Positions 12,910 to 23,649 of a stretch of 64,000 bases of DNA are shown in pieces. The DNA lies in NCBI RefSeq assembly GCF_000143415.4, contig NW_003314308.1, forward strand, positions 248,001 through 312,000, read 5' to 3'. The DNA is from Selaginella moellendorffii. Taxonomy: Eukaryota > Plantae > Lycopodiophyta. The notes below the pieces were generated by a model. It worked only from the letters and a program-made list of their open reading frames with translations. It was not told the DNA's origin and made no database searches. How positions within the stretch are numbered: position 1 is the stretch's first letter; each line of letters starts with the position of its first letter. Made by a program: the position numbers and the translations under genes.

Positions 12910-13350
12910 CGGATGGATCGAGAAAATCATTGTCCGAAGAATATAAAACTTGCGAACCGTGATGATCACTTGGAGTTTGACGATCGCCCAAGCAGCTTCC
13001 AGCACTAGAACCAAGTTTTGATCGCCTCCACCGCCCTGGCCGGACTCCTGTCTCTGTGATGGTAGTGGCACACGGACTTCCCAGCACGGGAGGAATATTT
13101 TGAGTGAGCTACTTGCCCGACAATATCTTTTTGCTTACCATCGTGTAGCAGTGCCGTGTCGGCGAATCAAGGACAGATCAAGCTCACCCGGATGTCGTAG
13201 CTCAGTGTTTGCGCCAGGCCTCGAAACGTGTACATTGTAGCCGCGTAGCTGTTAGCAGCGTCTAGTTACGAGCGACGATTGTCACAAAGGCACAGAGCCG
13301 ATGACGCTCGATTCTCCAGTCACACAACTACGTGTTTGTTCATCAGGAAC
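12910..13350 (-). pseudogene. Heavily deleted duplicate of the TSC10-like gene
   Basis: gatcacttggagtttgacgatcgcccaagcagc, cagtgccgtgtcgg.gaatc..ggacagatcaagctcacccggatg and cgagcgacgattgtcacaaa are collinear with 7550-8680, with large deletions and frameshifts. Confidence 0.85.
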
Positions 13351-13859
13351 CCCTGAACAAAACAGCAAAGAACTATGAATCCCTAGAAAAGAATGGAATG
13401 CTTGTCAGAACCAAGACCAACAAAAAGAGTAAGAATTCGCAAAAATGCAACTTTACGTGAGCAAGAAAAACCAACCAAGCGTACTGTGCAAGCTCACCTA
13501 ATAGGAAGAAAAACCATCGACATCTTCCATCAATCTTTGTTCATAGCAGCACGATACCTCGAGTGTTCAAAGAAGTTTTCCGCGAGAGATACAGCCAAAA
13601 CCACAGCTCAACAGTATCGATTGACTTGTCGTTTGGGCACAGGCCGAGCGTTTGGTCAGCTCCTGTAATAGAAACTGCACAATCGAAAGCTCAGGTTAAG
13701 CTGACAACCGAGTACACCACATCTCACACACCTCTGAAGCTGATCAGGAGCTTTGCTCGTTGACAAAAAGAAATCACGCTTTGAGCTGGATGTCAAAGTT
13801 TCGCTACTCTCTTGATGCGTGAAACGCAAAAATTCCTGTTCATCATCCCACTGCATCAG

Positions 13860-14230
13860 TACGTCCAAACAGTTCTCTTTACCGTATGAAGCTTAACGCT
13901 AAGTGTTTTCCAGTCCCTGCTCTCCAGTTCTTCCCGTGGCTGCTGCAGTGCTGCTACCAACACACACACAATTAAACAAATCTAAAAGTGTCAAGTACAG
14001 TGCCTTCTTACCTGTGAAGGATCGAGAATCGCACACACTGTCTTTTTCTCCTCTGGATCCCTGTGATTGTCGTAGAATGTCCTGGATGTTGGTAGTAGGG
14101 AGGCCTGATTGCCATTCAAAAAGTTTGAAACATGGTTTGAAAAAAAAAGAAAAGAAGGCAAGCGAGCTCTAAAGCACTTACTCCCCATTTGATTCTTTTC
14201 GACACTCGCAGAATTCTTTTCATTCATTCC
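13860..14230 (-). pseudogene. Remnant of a ZUP1/Mug105-type (peptidase C78) deubiquitinase C-terminal region
   Basis: Exon-like piece 14104-14012 reads PPYYQHPGHSTTITGIQRR, then frameshifts to ILDPSQ followed by gtaag; next piece EELESRDWKTLSVKLHTVK; resembles the family motif PLYxQHxGHSRTIVGIQ...ILDP. Confidence 0.6.
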
Positions 14231-15630
14231 TCAGATAATAGCATTCGAGCTCAGCTCCAGATCATACCTTCTCCTCTGCAAATCAATCCAGAATCTCGGC
14301 ATTACATCGCCGATCGAGCGAAACCGTCACACAGCCCGCAGGAATCATGGAGCGCGACACCATACCTCAGAATTTCCACTGCCTCGCACGATCCCGTCAA
14401 GCTCGGCAGCTAGCGCGGGCGCTCTCAACACAAATGCCCCAAAATTTCAAACGTGCCGTACAGTTCGCCCAAAATCTAGTACGGAGAGATTTGGCCCCTG
14501 TTTCGCCCTGGGCCACTTTAGGGTACAATTCTAACAGTCTGAAAATATCTAGGCTACATAGTAAAAAAATTAACATGTCATGTCACCTCCACATTAATGG
14601 GTACCAGGCGGACCCCATAGATCTCCAAATTGAAAAAATCCATGGTACACACTGGTGTGCTCACGTCACGTGCGAATATTCCCCGCACAACAGGCCAGCG
14701 CGTGTCCCCCGCGGCGCCGTCGGATTCCAATCGTATGGTCAATCGCCTCGACATTATTTTTCGAAAGGTGTGGTAGGTATTCCCGGGCATTGGGTGTTTA
14801 TGCGTGCTTTACCATTTCTGGAAAGGCTTTGCCACATGGTAATTTAAGTAAAGCGCCCTTGTTACGTAAATACGGTGCGTAAGAGAAGCACTGTAGCGCG
14901 CGGCTATGGAGTCAAAGAGAGGCAATGATTCGATGTGGGCATTCATCCCTTTGGTGGGAAATCCCCCTACAAAAGCCGCAAGCTTAACAGCAAAATCCAA
15001 CATCAGGAGTGACAGAACGGCATTCCAAATCCGGTTTTTGGCTTCGTTGTTCTTCCGGTTCCATCCTTCTCGCATTTGTGTGTTCTTGCCAAGAATCTCG
15101 CAAGCCCGCCAGGAATCGGAGGTCATGGGTTGATCGCACGTCGCATTGGGTCTCTCGCGCTGCTGATTTCCCTGCGAGAAGGTACCGCCCACGCCGTAGA
15201 ATCGAGCGAGACTAACTTGTGTGGTGTTCTTGTGCAGTTTGTAGCAGCAGGGCTCGGCGCTGGATCGAGGATCCACGGTTCTTTCCTTTCTGTGGATCAG
15301 GACGGATCCAAATTCGAATCTTTTGGATTTTTTTTCTCTTTTTTTCTCCCTTTTGTTCTCGCGTGTGTGTGCTCGTTGCAGGAGGAACAGTATATCGTCT
15401 AGTTCTTCCACAGTGACAAAAGAAAAACTGTGAGAGGAGAGAACTTTTTGTTGGCTTCCTGTCGATTTTTGTTGTTTGGAGATAACCCACACAGCAGCTT
15501 TCTTCCATTTCTATCTCTCCGTTTAATTTTTTTTTTTCTTCTTCTTACTTCGATCGTGAGCGAGGACGAGAGTTTTTGGTTTTTGAGGAGAGGAGAGCAA
15601 GAGATCTTCGCGATGTCTCCGTGAGGAGTA

Positions 15631-17971
15631 ATGCAGCAGCCGGTAGAAGATTGCCAGAGGGGTTCTTCCATTCGCAGCGACAACACCTTCCAGAGTTCCA
15701 GTTCTCCAGCGCTCCCGATCCAGATGCAGCACCACGATTTCATGGGCCAAGGTACCCTGGAGCATCCCCACGGCTTCGTCGATCACCACTACCATCTCTC
15801 GCCGGGGATGATCAGCACAAGATACGGCGCTATTTCCAACTCCATGGTCGCCTCACTGCAGTCGCCATACAACTTTCAGCTATTAAGGAGAACGCTTCTT
15901 CCGGTAAGTGCCTTCGCAGAACAGCAGCGAGCACAAGTCTCTTCGTCTCCTCCTTCGCCGCTTCTCAGCGATTCTCACCGCCAGATCGATCAGACGAGCG
16001 CGCAGCAGCAGCAGCAGCAGCAGCACGGCACTACCAATTTGTCCACTCTCAAATCTTTGCTGAGGCAGCCGCAAGAGAATAGCCACGACGATCATCACGC
16101 AGCTCTTCCTTCCATGGATCAAAGCCACCACCAGAGCGCTATCGTCAATCACCAGTCGCTGACTTTGTCCATGAGTTCCGGCTCACAGTCGAGCAACACC
16201 GATTCGTCTTCCATCGCCGCCCACCACGATCACCAGCCGCTCGTGACCTTCCAGGACCAGGAGCTACCACCGCCGCCATCCTCGTCCGCCACCACCACCG
16301 CCATCAATCTTCCAAGGACCACCGGTAGCAAGAAGAGGCTCGGCAAGAACAAGGCGCCCAACTTGCGCAAATCGATCGATACTTTCGGGCAGCGAACATC
16401 GGTCTTTCGGGGTGTGACCAGGTAAAAGAGCGAGAAAGATGGGATAGTTTCACATTCTCTCTTTGTTCCCTCGGTTTGAGTTCTAAGTTGCTGGAACTGA
16501 AACACTGATCCAAATGTTTAAGCTAGGCATCGCTGGACTGGGCGTTTTGAGGCTCATCTCTGGGACAATACTTGCCGAAAGGAAGGACAAACGAGGAAAG
16601 GAAGACAAGGTACTGCTTAAAAGTTTTGAGAGTTTTTTTTCATGGTTTTTTTTCTCTCTTGGGTGATTTTTCCGTCCCTGGATCTGGATGGTGTTTTTGG
16701 TATGGTACTTGATCCATCCTCCAGTGTACTTAGGTGAGTAATCTATCGAATTTTTCTCGATTGTGGAGCTAAACTTTTGGTGGTTTTCTTTTCTTTTTTT
16801 CTTGCGTTTTGCGTAGGGGGGTATGATGCGGAGGAGAAGGCAGCAAGAGCTTACGATCTGGCAGCTCTCAAGTACTGGGGGCCTACGACAACTACAAACT
16901 TTCCGGTAAGAACTAATGTGACAACGTAAGTTCTTTCTTTGCAAGCTCACAGATTTTCTGGTTGTGTTGAAGGCTGTGGAGTATCACTCCAAGTTAACTG
17001 AGATGAAGAGTATGAGCAGACAGGCATTTGTTGCTGCGCTCAGGAGGTGCGAAACTTTTTCCATTTTGCATTGTGCGAGTTCTAAAGTTTTGGGTGTTCT
17101 AAAGTTTATATGTGGTGTTCTAAAGCTTGTATGTGTCTTTGTGTTTGGAAAACAGGAAGAGCAGTGGCTTCGCGAGAGGCGCATCGAGGTTCAGGGGTGT
17201 AACAAGGTAATGCTCATGATCAATTCATATATTTTTTCACTTCGGTCTTTTTTCCCAGGCATCACCAGCAGGGAAGATGGCAAGCTCGGATCGGACGAGT
17301 TGCGGGGAATAAAGATCTGTACCTCGGAACTTTCAGTAAGTTTTCGATCGAAAGCTTTCAAGTTCGTAAATTTTTTCCTTTTTTCGATGAAAGGTACTGA
17401 AGAAGAAGCTGCCGAAGCTTACGACATCGCAGCCATCAAATTCCGCGGTGCAAGCGCGGTGACAAACTTCGACATGAGTCACTACGACTTGAGGCGGATT
17501 TGCTCCAGCCCGAGCTTGCTACTGGGTGACACCGCCAGGATCAAGCACAAGGAAGCTCCCGACGCAGCGAACGATCAGAGCGTCACCATAGCAGCTGACG
17601 AACCGATATGTGATGATGGAGGAGCTCTCGTAACTTCTTCCGCTCCTCAAGACTCTATCGCTAATCAGGAACACAACTATGCTGGTGCCGCGGGGCCGGG
17701 AGTTCTTCGCAACCTCATTGGACTCGACACGTTCTCTTGTCAAGCTGATCATCCTGAAGCTGCCGATACGAGCTCCTCGGATGGTGGTGGTGGAGGTGGC
17801 GGAGTTCCAAGTTCCTCCGTAGCTCAGCACGACGATCAGCTTTATACTCCGGCGCCGCCAGATTACAGCACCGGATCCCTGATGCCATCACCGCTGCAAA
17901 CTCTCCACGCGATGAGGTCCACAATCCCGGCACACATGCCTTACTTCTCAGCCTGGAACGAGTCGGAGTGA
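15631..17971 (+). CDS. euANT-lineage double-AP2 transcription factor (AINTEGUMENTA/PLETHORA-like), 8 exons including a 9-nt microexon
   Basis: [12 protein letters not shown] euANT motif, [18 protein letters not shown]|[75 protein letters not shown]-terminus. Confidence 0.95.
16725..16733 (+). other. 9-nt VYL microexon of the AP2 R1 domain
   Basis: ccag|TGTACTTAG|gtgag; joins CAAG and GGGGGTAT to give Q-V-Y-L-G-G-Y. Confidence 0.9.
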
Positions 17972-19664
17972 TCGATCACATATGCAACCGATCATCAGGA
18001 GAAAACTTATTGTGTTGAAAGCAAAAAAAGAAGAAAAAAACTTTCAATTCAATTTGACGAGCTATCGTTGTATCGAAATTCTCAATACCACATCTCGAGA
18101 AAACCAAAAAACAGTAACGAATTTCGATCGAGACCATGGAAAGCGTGCATCTAGTTAGTTGATAAGGCGACTCTTTCGCTTCCTCTCTCGCTGGAGAACT
18201 AAGTGTTTCTTAGTGTTCTAAACTAACACAGGCTTGTTCGTTCGTTTTGGCTCGATCGAATGCTAAAAAAGTGAGCTTGGATCGGTTGTCGTGCCGAGCG
18301 AGAGAGACTGATGGACACGAATGGCAGTACAATTCTGCTGTTCCTGCTTCTGATCGCTTCATTCGTCGCTATTGTTGACCAAAAGAACCACACTCCATTT
18401 CTCTTTCATGTTTGTCACTTTCACTGGAGAGAGGGCTTGAAAGATGGATGGATAGAAAACAAAGCTTTCCATAGCTAGCTTGTCTCTTCTCCACCATGTT
18501 CTTATTAATATTACCAAATATTATTTATACTAATTTTAATGTTATCATAGTGTACAATAATTTAATTACCATTATAAATACTATTACTATATAAATAATA
18601 GAGAATATAAATATTTTGTATTGGTGGTGGCAATTATGTAACGGTGTCAATGTCAACACCACAAAGGAGCCTCCTGAAAGCTACTGCTCGCCAAAGCTTT
18701 TGATTAAATGGCATAGTTTGGATCATAGGTGTAGCGATGTGTATGAGAGTAGTATATTCTCGAAGCTTAGCTGAGATTTTTTGGTGCATGATCGGGCTGA
18801 TGATTTCATACTTTTAAAAAATCGCAGCTTTATACGATCTTTCGGACAGAAGCACTTGTTTAGAAGATTCCGTGTAGTATAGTCTCATTTTCTGGCTCTC
18901 TCTCTATCTCATATGTGCTCATGTGGATGCCCCACCCAGGGAAGGGATTTTAGTCGAGAAAAATAACCTCTTGTCAACACCATGGACAAGAACGCGCAAA
19001 CACACAACTCTATCACACCTCTTTGTGCGTGTGATTGAGCAAAGCCCCCGTGTCGCCACGTCGGCGCCCGCGTGGCACGGGCCCTGTACGAAATATCCCG
19101 GGATGATGGCCATGGCCGCCGCCGGCTGGGGCGCGTGGGGGCCGTACGGGCGACAAAGTAGTGGCCCGGTTCCCAACGCTCCTTGTAGATTCTGCCGCGA
19201 ACGTCACGCACCGAAAGCCACACAAACCAGGTGAGATAAGCAGGTTTTTTAGTTGGGCAATTAGCAGCAAAGTATGTGATTGCCGTACAGACAAAAGAGA
19301 CACCAATAAGATCCCTGTCTGTCTGTTCCCTGCGCTGTGATGTTGCTGTGATGTTGCTTGTGGGTGTTGTTGCTCATGTCTCACTTATTGGCGGGTGTAC
19401 GGACCTTGTCAACGCGGCCACCAAGTAAGTAGCGCCCACCACACCCAACGTGATGACAATGCCACCAAATACAATGGAAAATATATATATCGTCCCACTC
19501 GAATATCACTGACCCATCATTCTTTGGTCTCAATCAAGGGCGACAAAAGACGCAAGGGCATATTTTTGTCAAGAAAAAGATAGATGACGTGGCAGTGACG
19601 TGCACACATGTCATCTTTTGCGCATTGACACGTCACCGCCAAGTCAACCTTATCCATTGACACG

Positions 19665-22600
19665 TCACCGTCCGGTCAACTTGCCCAATAACACGTAGGC
19701 GGATTCGACCACGTCACTGCTGCCGGGTGCAACCAGCAGGGACCGCATTACCAAGCTGGCGCGCTCCACGTCACCCCATTTCTGACACGCGGACAAGATG
19801 GTAAACCACGTCAGCGCAGTCGGAGGCAGTGACATGGTATGGACCATTGCCACGGCGGCGTCCAGCTGGTTGGCCCGCCCGAGCGCGTCAACCACGCAGT
19901 GGTAGTGCTCCATGCCAGCTGGGATTCCATACACGCGCGGCATTGCGTCGAGGTAGCGCCGGGCTTTGTCCCAGAGCCCCGCGTGGCTGCAAGCCGTGAG
20001 AAGCGACACCAAAGTTACACCATTTACCTCCAAGTTCTCGTCTCGCATTTGATGGAACGAGGAGAAAACCATCGCGATGGAACTTTGGTGACTATATCCC
20101 GCGATCAAACAGTTCCAAGTCACGGTGTCTCTCGTCGCAAGAGCGTCAAAGACGAGCTGGGCGTGGATCATGCTCCCGCATTTGCCAAGAACATCCACAA
20201 CAGAGTTAGCGACGGTGTGGAAGTTTTCAGCTCCATACCTGACCATCACGGCAAAGATCTCCCTGGCGGCGTCCATGGAGGCCATGTTTCCACACGCCTT
20301 TAGCACAGGGATGAAAGTTCCAGCGTCCGGTTGACAGCTACCTCGAGCTCGCATCGCAGAGAACGCTTCCAAGGCGAGCTTCTCCTCGCAGTTTTCGACG
20401 TAGCCGAGTAGCAGCGTGTTCCACAGCACCACGTCTCGGTCGGAAGCGGCGATGCTGTCGAAAACCTTACGAGCATCTGTGAGGCTCCGGCACTTCGCGT
20501 ACATGTTGACAAGCGTGCCTGTGATCACTCCCACGGAGCCATAGCCATTCTCCACGACTGCCGAGTGAATGGCCTTGCCTTTGTCCAAACTGTCGACTTT
20601 GACAAGCTTCCCATCGACTGGTTTTCCTTCCTCTTTTGCAGCTTGAGCGGTGCAGGCCTTGAGAGCAGCGATGAAGGTCTGAGCATTCGGCTTACAACCT
20701 TCCAAGGCGGCGGCTAATAACTCCAAAGCCATCTTTTCTTCCCCGTTCTCAACATAGCCGAGCATCAACGCGTTGAGCGAGAGAACGTTATAGCGAGGCG
20801 TTTTCTCGAAGACTCGAAGAGAATCGACCAAGCTTCCACATTTTGCGTAGCATTCGATCAGGCTGCTCGCCAAGAAAACGTCCGAGCCACAGCCAAGCTC
20901 CGCCGACTGGCGATGCAAGGCCAGAGCTTTGTCCAGTGACTCGAGCTTATAAAGCTTCCCATCAACCTGTGTCCCAGTCTCTTTCGCGGCCAAAGCTGTG
21001 CACGCTTTCAATCCAGCGCTGTAAGTTCGCACGTCCGGTGAAAACTGCATGGACGATATAAGTTCCAAAGCCAACCCTTCCTCCCCGGCTTTCGTATAGC
21101 CCAGTAAAAGCGAGTTCCATGCTACGACGTTCCTGTTTTCCATGCCGTTGAAAACTCTCCAAGCATCCACCAGGTTCCAGCACTTGACGTACATATCGAC
21201 CAGAGTGTTTGCCACGAAAACATCTGAATCCATTTCACACTTGGAAGCTTGACGATGGATAGCCGATCCTTTCTCTAAAGCCCGAGCTTTCACCAGCCTT
21301 CCATCAACCTCCTTGGTAACCTCTTCTTTCACCGCTAGATTGGCGCAAGCCTTCAGAGCAGCGACGAAAGTTTGAGCATCTCCTTCAGCTGGCATAGTGT
21401 CTAGCAGATCCAAAACCGCTGCTTCTTCCCAGTTCTCAACGTAGCCGAGTAACAAGGCCGTCCAGAGTGCCGCATTATGAGCGGGAAGCTTGTCGTAAAC
21501 CCTGCGTGAATCCTTCATGCTCCCACATTTTGCGTACGTATCGATCAGCGTGGTCGCCAAGAAAACGTCGAGCTCAAATCCAGCATTTGCAGCTTCGAGA
21601 TGGATGCTCATGGCTCTTTCCAAAGCCTTTCCCGCAGTGCCATCTTGCTGCCGAGGCTCTTCTTTGAGTGCCAGGAAAGAACAAGCCTTGAGTGCCGCAA
21701 CGTAAGTTCGAGAGTCCCGGCAATTCTCCGCAACGCTTGCAAATAACTCAAGTGCTGTAGCTTCCTCCCCGTTGTCCACATATCCCAGGATTAAAGAGTT
21801 CCACACAACGGTGTCTTGCTTGTGCATGCCGTTGAAAACTTCTCGAGCATTGTCCATGCTTCCACACTTCACGTACGCATCAACCAGTGCGCCGAGCAGA
21901 ATGATATCCGAGTCCATCCCACCGTTCTTCGTGCGAGAATGAATATCCATGACAGCATCCAGAGTCGCCGTCTTCACACACTTCCCATCAGCTTTTTCTT
22001 TTGCTGCACGCCCACTGCAGGCTTTCAGTGCAGCTACGAAAGTCCAGACGTTCGGCGGACAGCCTTGGCTCGGCATGCGGGAGAACAAATCCAAAGCCAG
22101 ATTCTCACTGTCGTTCTCTGCGTAACCGAGTATCAGCGCTGTCCAGGATACCACCGTGTGAAGCGGCATAGTATCGAACACTTTCCGAGCGTCCTCCATG
22201 CTCACACACTTCGCATATGCGTCGACTAAAGCGCTTGCAACGAAGATGTCAGTGTCGCAGCCAGCTTTTTGTGCCTGAGTGTGGATTCCCATGACTTTTT
22301 CCAGCGAGCAAACTCTGACGAGCTTTCCCTGGACCTGCTTTCCGCCTTCTTTCCCTGCGAGACCGCTGGAAGCCTTCAGAGCGGCAACGAAACTCCGACC
22401 ATCTCGGACGTGGCCCACAGTGCTCATGCGGGAGAATAAATCCAGCGCCTGCTCTTCGTCCTTGTTTTCCACATATCCCAGCATCAGAGAATTCCAGGAG
22501 ACCGGGCAGTGACTTGAAACCATGTCGAAGACCAGGCGAGCATGGCGCAGACTCCCACACTTTATGTACATGTCGACCAGCGTGCTGGCAACAAAGCCTT

Positions 22601-23585
22601 CATTTTCGTACCCGAGCTTGGACGCTCGAGCGTGTATCGCCATGCCAATCTGTAATGCCTCCTGTTCTTCTTCTTTTTTCGCCAAAGCGCTGCAAGCTTT
22701 AAGCGCCCCCACGAAACTTCGAGCGTTTGGTCGGCATCCTCCTGCTTCCATCCGGGAGAATAACTCAAGAGCTCTCCGTTCTTCCCCATTGTCGATGTAC
22801 CCCAGCATCAAAGCGTTCCAGCAAACTTCATCACGCTGTAGAGCTTTGGAGAAAACTCCATCGCTGTCCACCATGCTTCCACACTTCGCAAACATGTCGA
22901 TGAAGGTGCTCGCGACGAAAACTTCCGAGTCGCATCCCACCTTTGCAGCTTGGGCATGAATCCCTCGCCCGACCTCCAAAGCCGCCACCTTCAAGACCTT
23001 CGTTCCAATCTTCCTCCCAGCTTCTTTCACCGCCAAACCGGAGCAAGCTTTACCAGCAGCAGCAAAAGTTCGAGCATTCGGTCCAGGGCCTTCGCGTTGG
23101 ATGCGGCTAAAGAGCTCCAGTGCCAGTTCTTCCTCTCCATTCTCGGCATAGCCCAGCATCAAAGCGTTCCACGAAACCACGCTGCGAGTCTGGATACCAT
23201 GGAAAACTTTGGCCGCCTCTTCCATGAGCCGGCACTTCGCGTACGTGCTGATCAGCGTGTTGGCCACGAAGATGTTTGCGTCGATTTCTCCTTGAGCGGC
23301 ATCGCTGTGGATTTTTCTCCCGATCTCTGAGTCTTTGAGCTTGCTGCATGCTTGTAGTGCCGAAAGAGAAACACCGATGTTTGATCGGAGTGCCTCCGGA
23401 GAATGGCTGTGGCGTCCCCATTGCTTGAAAGAAGAGCACAAGTCGATAGCTGATAAACTGTGGATGATCTGCGTGGCGAGAAAGAAGAAAATGTGATCGA
23501 TCGATTGCTAGATCAGCTAGTACCTGCGATCTTGCGCTGGAAACCAATGCCGCATTGCAGCGCCTCGAGGCGCTTCGCATCCCAT
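19665..23585 (-). CDS. Long PLS-E PPR protein (~9 P-L-S triplets) with loop insertions in L motifs
   Basis: 1258-aa open frame ending ACSHAGL, HYHCVVDALGRA, WFTILSAC, YVLL. The tracked start at 23441 is TTG; a predicted first exon ATG 23585-23524 and a 66-nt GT-AG intron (23523-23458) restore the frame. Confidence 0.9.
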
Positions 23586-23649
23586 TGCCCTAACGCAACG
23601 AAGAGAAATATTTTAGGGTTCTTGGAGAAATGCTCAAAGTGATCGAGCA

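Noticed and set aside
14347-15624. ORFs in the ANT upstream region
   Set aside because: Low-complexity, no homology recognised; likely promoter or leader
18424-18493. Weak hairpin tggagagagg...tctcttctcca
   Set aside because: Only ~10 purine/pyrimidine-biased pairs
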